Below are positions 10,369-19,115 of a stretch of 64,000 nucleotides of DNA, in pieces. A program made the position numbers and the translations under genes. How positions within the stretch are numbered: position 1 is the stretch's first letter; each line of letters starts with the position of its first letter. The notes under the pieces were generated by a model that saw nothing but the letters and a program-made list of their open reading frames with translations, was not told the DNA's origin and searched no databases. Source of the DNA: a virus (taxonomy: Duplodnaviria > Caudoviricetes); IMG/VR virus record IMGVR_UViG_3300043394_000609; one strand, 5' to 3'.

Positions 10369-12120
10369 ATGGAAACAAAAATACCAGAAGTTGTTGCTAG
10401 AGAAATTTTAGTGTCTTATGACGGGTCAAATAATCAGATATTAGACTGGAAAAGAAAGATGGTAGAATCAAAGTATTTTAGTCTTTCTAGAACACAAGCC
10501 GACTACATTATTAAACACGAGAAGATAGTTCCAAAAATAGCAAGGAAGTATGTTAAAATCGTGTCAAACTTTGGTGAAAAATTAAGAGAAGACAAGCTAT
10601 TGGCCAAAATACCAGAAAAACTATGGTTTGAAAAATTATTGTGCGAATCTGACAAAGCTTACCACATTTGGGGTCGAATTAGTGATTCGGATAATTTACA
10701 TGCTTTTTGGATTCCTAAAGCCGCAATTATACAAGAAGAAAAAAAATTAAATAGAGTCGTTGATTATAGCCCTTATGATTCTAGACCACCAATGGAACAT
10801 CAGAAAGAAGCGGTTGAAAAATTATTAGCAAACAATAAATTTATTTTAGCTGATGACATGGGTCTTGGTAAAACAACTGCAGCTGTTATTGGTGCACTAG
10901 AAAGTGGTGCAAAAAAAATATTGATCGTTTGTCCGGCCTCACTTAAACTTAACTGGGAGCGCGAGATAAGAAATTATACTGACCGTCGAACATTAGTTGT
11001 TGAAGGTAGGAAGTGGGGGTCGACTTTTGACTTCTACATTATCAATTATGACATTCTAAAAAATTTCCACACAACAGATAATAGCGAAGATAGTGAAGCA
11101 TACAAATTAATCATGAATGAAGGATTTGATTTAGCAATTGTCGATGAGGCGCATTATATTGCAAATGCCACCGCACAAAGAACAAAGCTTTTAAATGACA
11201 TATTAAGTATGATTCCTAAGGTTTGGTTGTTAACGGGCACACCAATGACATCTAGACCAATCAACTATTTTAATTTACTTAGTATTGTTGATTCACCATT
11301 AGCACTTAACTGGCAAAGTTATGTTAGAAGATATTGTGCTGGTTATCAATTTACTGTTAAAGGAAGAAAGATATGGAATACTAGTGGTTCATCTAATTTA
11401 GATGAGCTTAGAGAGAGAACTAAAAATTTAGTTCTTCGTAGAATGAAAAATGACATTTTAGATTTACCAGAGAAAATTATTGCCCCGGTTTATTTAGAAT
11501 TGAAGAATACGTACTATGACGAAGAATTGGAAGAATTTATGCGTATCTCAAAAGAAAATAAAACTAAAGAAAACATCTCTGTCACATTAAATCGTTTAAT
11601 GAGAATTAGACAACTTATTGCCGTGGAAAAAGTACCGTATACTTGTGAATTAATTGATAAATTTATTGAACAAGGTAAAAAAGTAATTGTTTTAACTAAT
11701 TTCACCATGTCATTAGATATGATTCATGAAAAGTATAAGAAAAACTCGGTTACTTTAGATGGTAGAATGCACAAGGATAAAAGACAGGAAAATGTTGATA
11801 GATTTCAAACTGACGATAAAGTAAAGGTTTTTATTGGTAATATCAAAGCAGCAGGTGTTGGGATAACATTAACTGCAGCTGAAGTGGTTATTATGAATGA
11901 CCTTTCTTTTGTTCCTTCTGATCACGCACAGGGTGAAGATAGAGCATACCGTTATGGGCAAAAGAACAGTGTGTTGGTTTATTACCCAATTTTCGATAAT
12001 ACAATTGAAAGACAAGTATACAACATTTTACAGAAAAAAAAGAAAGATATCGATCAAGTTATGGGGGACGGAGAATATAGTGATACTTTCGCATCAGAAC
12101 TTCTTAAGAATTTAGTATAG
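10369..12120 (+). CDS. SNF2/SWI2-family (HARP-like) helicase
   Basis: LADDMGLGKT, DEAH, LTGTP, LRRMK, GVGITLT and QGEDRAYRYGQ motifs; ATG at 10369 is the likely start. Confidence 0.92.
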   Translation: METKIPEVVAREILVSYDGSNNQILDWKRKMVESKYFSLSRTQADYIIKHEKIVPKIARKYVKIVSNFGEKLREDKLLAKIPEKLWFEKLLCESDKAYHIWGRISDSDNLHAFWIPKAAIIQEEKKLNRVVDYSPYDSRPPMEHQKEAVEKLLANNKFILADDMGLGKTTAAVIGALESGAKKILIVCPASLKLNWEREIRNYTDRRTLVVEGRKWGSTFDFYIINYDILKNFHTTDNSEDSEAYKLIMNEGFDLAIVDEAHYIANATAQRTKLLNDILSMIPKVWLLTGTPMTSRPINYFNLLSIVDSPLALNWQSYVRRYCAGYQFTVKGRKIWNTSGSSNLDELRERTKNLVLRRMKNDILDLPEKIIAPVYLELKNTYYDEELEEFMRISKENKTKENISVTLNRLMRIRQLIAVEKVPYTCELIDKFIEQGKKVIVLTNFTMSLDMIHEKYKKNSVTLDGRMHKDKRQENVDRFQTDDKVKVFIGNIKAAGVGITLTAAEVVIMNDLSFVPSDHAQGEDRAYRYGQKNSVLVYYPIFDNTIERQVYNILQKKKKDIDQVMGDGEYSDTFASELLKNLV

Positions 12121-12161
12121 TTTTATTTGTGTTCTGGTATTTATTATAAAAGATTTAATCG

Positions 12162-13277
12162 ATGAGCACAATTATTAACGGAACTGAAAGAGAAAAATTA
12201 TATACCCAAATTTTGCATTTGTTGGGAATGCCAGTTAGAGGCGTTGAATTGACAGAAGAGCAAATGGATACGTTTTTAGAGCTTTCTATTAACGAATATG
12301 ATCAAATGGTCAACGATTGGTTAATTGAGTCACAGTGGTCTTCTTTAGTGGGTCTAGATATGGACACTCAATCTATAGCTAATGCATTCACAACAAGAAA
12401 CATGAATTTTGAAGATCAATTTACATATTCATATTCTAAAATTGTTGGGTTACAAGCTAATGGTCCTTGGGTTCTTAAAAAAGATTATATTGAATTAGTT
12501 TCTGCTCAACAAGTATATGAAATACCAGCTGGTCGTGAAATCAATGAATTATTATGGTTTAGCCGCGCAGAATTAAGTGACTCTATTGTCGACCCATTTT
12601 TAGGTGGGTTTGGTGGTCTAGGTGGTGTTGGATTCGGTGGTGTCGGTGGATTCGCACAAGTAGGTGCTTCTGGTTCTTACTTTATGCTACCAGCATTTGA
12701 TCTTTTAATGAGAATGCAAGATAGAAATTTAAAAAACCGTTTAATTGGTGGTGATCTAACATATAGAATTACCGCTGGACCTGAAGGTAAAAAATATGTT
12801 CACTTATACAATGTACCGGGTGGTAAATTTGACTTTGGATCCATATCACAAAACAATCAAAAAGTTTGGTATTGGTATTATGACACATTCGATAGAGATT
12901 CTTGTTTGCAAGCAAATAAAGATGTTGTTAAATTACCATCAGATGTAACGACAGATGCATTAGTTTGGTCTGATTTAAATAGACCAGCACAAAACTGGGT
13001 AAGAAAATATCTTACAACATACTGTAAAGAAACTTTGGGTAGAATATATGGTAAATTTTCTGGTGATCTTAAAGTACCAGATAGTGATGTAAAATTAGAT
13101 TACACAACATTATTAACAGAAGCAAAAGACGAAAGATTAAAACTTAATGAAGAATTAACTCAAAGATTAGAACGTCTTCGTCCTGATAAAATGTTAGAAA
13201 GAAAAGGAACTGAAGCAGAGAATTTGAACAAGGCCCTGAAATACAGAGCCATGCCAAATCCATTTAACGTTATATAA
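12162..13277 (+). CDS. Neck / head-tail adaptor protein (T4 gp13-like)
   Basis: 'LG.P...VELTEEQ' N-terminus and 'WVRKY.....KE.LGRIYGKFSG' C-terminus; preceded by the late motif. Confidence 0.75.
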   Translation: MSTIINGTEREKLYTQILHLLGMPVRGVELTEEQMDTFLELSINEYDQMVNDWLIESQWSSLVGLDMDTQSIANAFTTRNMNFEDQFTYSYSKIVGLQANGPWVLKKDYIELVSAQQVYEIPAGREINELLWFSRAELSDSIVDPFLGGFGGLGGVGFGGVGGFAQVGASGSYFMLPAFDLLMRMQDRNLKNRLIGGDLTYRITAGPEGKKYVHLYNVPGGKFDFGSISQNNQKVWYWYYDTFDRDSCLQANKDVVKLPSDVTTDALVWSDLNRPAQNWVRKYLTTYCKETLGRIYGKFSGDLKVPDSDVKLDYTTLLTEAKDERLKLNEELTQRLERLRPDKMLERKGTEAENLNKALKYRAMPNPFNVI

Positions 13278-16170
13278 TTGCTGCGTGTAAAGCATAATCA
13301 TTACCATTAGTTTCAATAATTTCTTCATCTGAATTATTTCTAACACTATCGGCTTGAAACTTTACAACTTTTCTATTGTAATCAACCCATTTTTGGTCAA
13401 CATGTTCAATGCTATTTTCAAGATACATAAAGAATGGGTCTCGTTCAACGCGATTCCAAAATAACACTTCACTATCAGAAAGTGTCATAACTTCTTCTAA
13501 ATTATCTTGACCATCTGCTTTTAATGGAAACCCATTTACTAACTCACATTGTTTTCTAGTAAACGAAACTCGGTCTTCTGGATTCTCAATTAAAATTTCA
13601 TTTCTAATTTCTGGTTTAAAAACAACCAAAAGAGGTTCAACTCTTTTATTGAAATTATTAATGTAACGAGCAACATTATAATCCCCTTTTAAATCTGGGT
13701 TATCCATAATGTCTTTCTCCGGAATCATGTAACAGTTAATCTGAATATAATTTGGCGGAACATCCTTACCGTATTTTTCCTTAAATTCTTCCTGGAATTT
13801 TTTAGTTGGCTTAGAAACCCGTTGTACGTCACCATCTGTTTTCTTAACCCCATTATTAATATAATAGATGGTTTCACCAAGACCTGCTTTATGATTGTTC
13901 TGTAGAACCAATTCCATATGTGCTTGTCTAGCCATAGATGCACCAGATTTTGTTGTTTTAGTTATGTATTTTCTATAATCTTCCGCACTTTGTTTAACTC
14001 TTGATTTATTAGCCATCTTAGCTAATGGTATTTGTTTTTCATAAATCAAGGTAAGTGTCTTATAATATAGATTCAAAAATTCAACACCATCACCATCTAA
14101 AAGATATTTTAATCCTTCATCTAAGAACTCAACAACATATTGTTGTAGCTTTTTAGACTTAATGGTATTACCGGTAAGTTTAATTTTTTCTTTACCTTTC
14201 TTAACTAATTTAATGATATAGTTTTTTCTAGACACATTAATACATGATGGTGCGGTATAGTCAATATCTAACCCCATTTCCCCACGCATAAAAATATCAT
14301 TAAATTCAGCAGTATCTGCTGATATTCCACGATACTCTTTACCTTCTTCAACTAACTCATTAAATCCTTTACCAATATAAACAGTTTCATCAATATTGTC
14401 AGGTGTTTCAAAGTTAACCCCATCCGTATCCATTACAAGTGGTTTATAACCTTTTTCAATATAAAACATAATCATCATGCGTAAACATTGTCTCCCAACA
14501 CAGGTGATTGTTTCACCTTTATTCATATCTCCCCAAGGAAATACATGTGGTGCTGATAATGAACCAAAGTACGCGTTAATAAAGATTTTAATTGGTAACT
14601 GTTTACGGTCGTACATTTCAGCTAAAACCGGATCTTTGTCTTTATATTCTGATGCTAAGTTTTTATACATAATACGAACATTACGGAAATATTTCAACAT
14701 AGATTTCTGCACCCCCATAACATCACATTCTGGAAACACATCATAAACTAATTGGATCGATGGATAAAGCGAAGAGTAGTCAAACTTAACAATGTTCTTT
14801 GAATAACCAACATTTAATAATCTAGATAATCCACCGGTAATTGCTCGCTTTTCGTCTTTTAATGGAATTGCCAAATCATGATCATAGCTCCACGCTAACA
14901 TCAGAATTTTCCATAATGACGCAGTACCCATTGTGGCAATCCTTTCATATGTTGTTGGTATTACTTTAGATAAAAGAAACGTTGATTGACTAAATGAATC
15001 ATCTACAACCATTGTTTCATACAAGTCATCGTCAAGATATTGTTCCACAATTCTTTTACCACCCCATTTTTCAAATTTACCTGGGAATTTATCCATTAAA
15101 CCATCAGTACCTGGATCACCTACTTTCTTATATCCACCTGTTTTTGGGTTAATATAATAGTCTTCATTTTCTAAATAAATTTTAGAAATCTTACCACCAT
15201 CAACATAAACACGATTAGGTTTTTCTTTTTCCAAATATGTGGTGATGTATTTCAATCCCCATGATTTAATTTCAGAATTAATTGCTTGTGCTCTTCTTAC
15301 AGCATGCGCGATGTCGATAATACTAAACCCCCATAAAACAAACTGAGTATATGGTTCAACTTCATTCGCCAATTTCAAAACGCCTTCTTTTGTTTTGATA
15401 CCTTCCGGTGTGAAAATCTGAGTTAATTCTCTAATATCCATCCCCAAAATTTGCGCGCGTCTAAAAATAAATGGTAAATCGAACGCAGCAGAGTTATAAC
15501 CACTAATTATTGTTGGTTTTAGTTCCCTGATTATTTCGAAAAATTCTTCAATACATTTCTTTTCACCATCTTCACCAAACGCACTAATCGTTCTGTTTAA
15601 ACCACGATTATCTTTAACTCCGATCAAAATTATATTACATTTATCGGCTTCTAATCCAGTGGTTTCAATATCGAAAACCATTCTATGTACACCAGAATAA
15701 TCTTCAATTCCTTTAAATAGACGTTTTTTCTTTTGAATTAGATACTGTTCGACAGGTGATAAAATTTGGAATTGACTTTTATATTTTTCATCCCATGGGT
15801 TAATTCCCCCTTTTTTGAAAAAGTTAATCAATTCGTGATAACCTTTAATGCTTTTAACCATATGGGTTAATCCAGCTTCAAGTCTTTCATTACCTTCGGT
15901 TTTAAGTTTGGTGCTTAGAATACCAAACTCCCCCATCATTTTTTTCTGCATGGTTTTACTACCACCGTAAAAATTAAAACTTGATAAATCACCTACCCAA
16001 AGAAATGGGACAAAGGTGTCTTCTTCATAATACTTCCCCTTTTCAGGGTCTTGCATTATCTTGTAGATTACATTTTTTCGATAATCATATTCGATACCGA
16101 CAATGTACTTTTCGGGGTCAGACCCGTTCAAGAAATCTTCGATGACTTCTTGTGAGATAAATTCTGCCAT
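13270..16170 (-). CDS. polB: Family B DNA polymerase with 3'-5' exonuclease
   Basis: Exonuclease motifs FDIETTG and GYNSAAFDLP; polymerase motifs FDYSSLYPS, KIFINAYFG, DTDG and KNY. Confidence 0.95.
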   Translation of the reverse strand: MAEFISQEVIEDFLNGSDPEKYIVGIEYDYRKNVIYKIMQDPEKGKYYEEDTFVPFLWVGDLSSFNFYGGSKTMQKKMMGEFGILSTKLKTEGNERLEAGLTHMVKSIKGYHELINFFKKGGINPWDEKYKSQFQILSPVEQYLIQKKKRLFKGIEDYSGVHRMVFDIETTGLEADKCNIILIGVKDNRGLNRTISAFGEDGEKKCIEEFFEIIRELKPTIISGYNSAAFDLPFIFRRAQILGMDIRELTQIFTPEGIKTKEGVLKLANEVEPYTQFVLWGFSIIDIAHAVRRAQAINSEIKSWGLKYITTYLEKEKPNRVYVDGGKISKIYLENEDYYINPKTGGYKKVGDPGTDGLMDKFPGKFEKWGGKRIVEQYLDDDLYETMVVDDSFSQSTFLLSKVIPTTYERIATMGTASLWKILMLAWSYDHDLAIPLKDEKRAITGGLSRLLNVGYSKNIVKFDYSSLYPSIQLVYDVFPECDVMGVQKSMLKYFRNVRIMYKNLASEYKDKDPVLAEMYDRKQLPIKIFINAYFGSLSAPHVFPWGDMNKGETITCVGRQCLRMMIMFYIEKGYKPLVMDTDGVNFETPDNIDETVYIGKGFNELVEEGKEYRGISADTAEFNDIFMRGEMGLDIDYTAPSCINVSRKNYIIKLVKKGKEKIKLTGNTIKSKKLQQYVVEFLDEGLKYLLDGDGVEFLNLYYKTLTLIYEKQIPLAKMANKSRVKQSAEDYRKYITKTTKSGASMARQAHMELVLQNNHKAGLGETIYYINNGVKKTDGDVQRVSKPTKKFQEEFKEKYGKDVPPNYIQINCYMIPEKDIMDNPDLKGDYNVARYINNFNKRVEPLLVVFKPEIRNEILIENPEDRVSFTRKQCELVNGFPLKADGQDNLEEVMTLSDSEVLFWNRVERDPFFMYLENSIEHVDQKWVDYNRKVVKFQADSVRNNSDEEIIETNGNDYALHAAII

Positions 16171-16198
16171 AATGTATGTTTTAATTTGACATATTAAC

Positions 16199-16215
16199 TT
16201 ACGGACTATCCGTAA
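16199..16215 (-). promoter_or_regulatory. Hairpin in the polB 5' leader (candidate translational operator)
   Basis: Perfect 7-bp stem TTACGGA-TAG-TCCGTAA about 30 nt upstream of the ATG. Confidence 0.4.
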
Positions 16216-16230
16216 TTCGTCTTTCGCGGG

Positions 16231-16261
16231 TAAAGGTATTCATTTTTATTAATATTACAAA
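16231..16261 (-). promoter_or_regulatory. Bacteroidota-type promoter for polB
   Basis: TTTG-N19-TACCTTTA on the minus strand (consensus TTTG-N19-21-TAnnTTTG, one mismatch). Confidence 0.5.
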
Positions 16262-16268
16262 ATAAAAA

Positions 16269-16290
16269 AAGGGAATGTTTCCATTCCCTT
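16269..16290 (-). terminator. Intrinsic terminator
   Basis: AAGGGAATG-GAAA-CATTCCCTT followed by a T run; ends the fibre cluster. Confidence 0.8.
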
Positions 16291-16317
16291 AATTTTCAAT
16301 TTTTTAAATAAACTTAA

Positions 16318-16686
16318 TTATATTACATTAATAAATAATTTTTCTCTTATCGGTAATATTAATTTGTTTGATGGTGTTGAATTGATGTCCATAAATTGGA
16401 TAATAATTTTACCCTCATATTTACCTATTTTTTTTGTATTATCTTCATTAAAACGGTACGTTATATAATATTCATCAGTTGTTTGATTATATTTTTTAGT
16501 CCTTGTTGTTAACATACAAGTACCATTTAATATTTCAGGTTCACCCGTTTTAACGTCTAACATTTCGAATGTTATATCGGCATTACCCAATAGATCATTA
16601 AAGGATGACTTGTCGTTTTTACCGTCATCCACCATCCTCATTTTTAAAATAGGGTCCGTTGCACCTTGTCTGATGAAAAATTCCAT
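16318..16686 (-). CDS. BppU-N-like baseplate/fibre adaptor domain protein
   Basis: 'FFIRQGAT.P.L', 'Y.F...T...G.YEG' and 'LP....L.I.V' pattern typical of BppU N-terminal-like domains. Confidence 0.55.
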   Translation of the reverse strand: MEFFIRQGATDPILKMRMVDDGKNDKSSFNDLLGNADITFEMLDVKTGEPEILNGTCMLTTRTKKYNQTTDEYYITYRFNEDNTKKIGKYEGKIIIQFMDINSTPSNKLILPIREKLFINVI

Positions 16687-16928
16687 TACTTAATTGTTAA
16701 AATAAATTGGTTACCTGATTTAATCGGTGCTGTTTCACCTTCTTTCAATTCACTAGACATATAAAAGAATTGTTCTTTTACAATTTCGTGTGGAAATTTA
16801 ATTTCTTCTTTAACCGCACTCTTAATGTTTTCAATTGTTAACGGTTCGTCAACATTGAATGTCTTACGGTATCTTTTTATTTTTTCTTCGTTCTTAACGA
16901 TTAAAACTTCTAAATTAAATGATTTCAT
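16686..16928 (-). CDS. Small protein with ubiquitin-like (beta-grasp) sequence pattern, no C-terminal GG
   Basis: [24 protein letters not shown]...LKEGET aligns by eye with ubiquitin [24 protein letters not shown]...LEDGRT. Confidence 0.5.
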   Translation of the reverse strand: [80 protein letters not shown]

Positions 16929-16964
16929 ATTCTATATTTTATATTTTTTTTTATTTCTTAATTA

Positions 16965-19046
16965 TTAATCGTCCCACCATATGTAATCGTTTATCATTGT
17001 TTCACCATCGTAATCATCCATTGTAACAGATGTTATTGTTTCATCACTAACTAAGAAAAACTCTTTTGTTCCTTGACCTTGGAATATAACCACGAATCTA
17101 TCTTTTGCTGAATATATATCACTCCAATTATTGTATTGTGTGGTGTAAGTATTTAATAATGTTCCTGTAAAATCATATAAATTTATAGTGTAAACTCCAC
17201 CATCTGATTCGTTATAAACCATCATAAACTTATCTTTACCGACTGATATGTGATTATAATAATATTCAGGAATTGTAATTTCCGAACTAATTCCACTATT
17301 TGTTAAAACTCTACAAGCTCCACCACCTTCAGACCATAAAACCATATTACTTGGGTCTAAGAATGTAGATGAGAAATAATCATTAGGGGTGTTAGTGTTG
17401 TCATAATAAGTTGTCGATGTAAATCCAGTACTTCCACTATAAACATAATGTGCTTGGTTAGTGGTGGACGAATCAGTATAACGTAAATACAATATATCAC
17501 CAACAGTATTTGCATTGTATTGATAATTTGAATATAATATTGGCTCTAAACTATCAAGAATTGTTCCATCGACATCAATTAGATTAAAGAACATATCAAT
17601 CCCGCTGTTTGTACTGTAAAATGCTAAAACTCTATCACCCATTGAGTAAATATTGATATCTGTTACACCTGAAACTGATTCGTTAAAATTCGTAATAGTT
17701 ACACCGCTAGTTGTGATTGTTAATAAACCCAAAGTATTACCCGTTGTTTCACAAAATGTCTTAAATGTGTTGCCAAGATAACCATTTGACGATACCGCTC
17801 TATTTGTGCCATTTGTTACAGAATAAGTAGTAAACCCAGTTTGATTATTCAACATATAAACATAATCGAAGTAATCGCATACCGGACCAAAATTAACGTA
17901 ACCAACTTCATTATATAAAGAAATAACCACACTACCATCTACGTTATCATCTGGCCAATAACTTTCGTCACCAAATAAGTTAATACCATCATAATTAGAA
18001 CCCCTAACGTGAGTTGTTTCAGTTAAAGTTCCTGTTGTACCATTGTAATGGATTATTTTATAATCAACAGCGGTATTGTCCCAATGGTAATAAACCGCAC
18101 ACATTCTATCTGTTCCAAGAAAACGACCTTCTTGACTGGCATATGTGTCTCCTGTAAGTGATATTGTCTCTAATATTTCACCATCGGTGTTATAAATTTC
18201 TAAACTTGTGTGAACATCATCAACTTGGTCTTTAGTCTCAACTGCTATAAAATCAATAAATGGGGTTATTAAATGGTTAATTTGTGTACCATCCGTCCAA
18301 GTTTTGAATGGAATAACCGTACCATCAGGTTTCATAATATATGATGCACCATCACCATTATATACCCACGACCCATTTTCATATTTTCTAACAATAAAAG
18401 AACCGTCACCCATTACCGAATTATAATCCCATTCAATGTCGATATAGTGTGTTTCTGGGTTCCAAGTGTAAGTATATAAATCAACTCCGTTAAAATATTT
18501 TAAGATACCATTATTGGCATCTTCAAATGTAATCCATTTACCTTCTAAACTATTAAAGTCATAACTATTTGTTGTCCCACTATATTGACCAACGATGGCG
18601 TTTGATGCGTCTGTGAATATTACAAGATTTTCATCACTATTGTTTTGACCTGCAAAATGATAACCATATCCTGAATCGGTTAATGGATAAAGGTTGTAAT
18701 TATTCCAATAAGTTGAATCAACACCTAAATCAATAACTTCAGCGGTGAAATCGGTAAAGTTTAATGTTGCTGCACCATAGTTACTCGAAGTGGTCATTCT
18801 ATTTGAATGAACGAATAATTGTGTTTCAACTACTGGTTCGTCAACCGTTAACGTATACGTGTAATCATACTCAGCCAAATAGATGTTATAAACACCATAT
18901 GGATGTGTTGTAATGTTATTAAAAGGGATTGTTTTAGTTCCAAGGTTTACCGTGGTACCTGATGTTGTCCCCGTATATGGTACAAACGTTACTGTTGCCG
19001 TCTTACCACTTAAGTTCTCACTTGTTATTCTTGCTCCTATTGCCAT
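16965..19046 (-). CDS. Large beta-rich virion/fibre-associated protein
   Basis: 693 aa, rich in T/Y/N/G/D; preceded by the late motif; within the fibre cluster. Confidence 0.5.
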   Translation of the reverse strand: MAIGARITSENLSGKTATVTFVPYTGTTSGTTVNLGTKTIPFNNITTHPYGVYNIYLAEYDYTYTLTVDEPVVETQLFVHSNRMTTSSNYGAATLNFTDFTAEVIDLGVDSTYWNNYNLYPLTDSGYGYHFAGQNNSDENLVIFTDASNAIVGQYSGTTNSYDFNSLEGKWITFEDANNGILKYFNGVDLYTYTWNPETHYIDIEWDYNSVMGDGSFIVRKYENGSWVYNGDGASYIMKPDGTVIPFKTWTDGTQINHLITPFIDFIAVETKDQVDDVHTSLEIYNTDGEILETISLTGDTYASQEGRFLGTDRMCAVYYHWDNTAVDYKIIHYNGTTGTLTETTHVRGSNYDGINLFGDESYWPDDNVDGSVVISLYNEVGYVNFGPVCDYFDYVYMLNNQTGFTTYSVTNGTNRAVSSNGYLGNTFKTFCETTGNTLGLLTITTSGVTITNFNESVSGVTDINIYSMGDRVLAFYSTNSGIDMFFNLIDVDGTILDSLEPILYSNYQYNANTVGDILYLRYTDSSTTNQAHYVYSGSTGFTSTTYYDNTNTPNDYFSSTFLDPSNMVLWSEGGGACRVLTNSGISSEITIPEYYYNHISVGKDKFMMVYNESDGGVYTINLYDFTGTLLNTYTTQYNNWSDIYSAKDRFVVIFQGQGTKEFFLVSDETITSVTMDDYDGETMINDYIWWDD

Positions 19047-19115
19047 TGTTTAATATTTTGTCTATTATAAATACTTTATTTTATTGTATCTTTTATTATT
19101 TGTTATTTTTTATTT

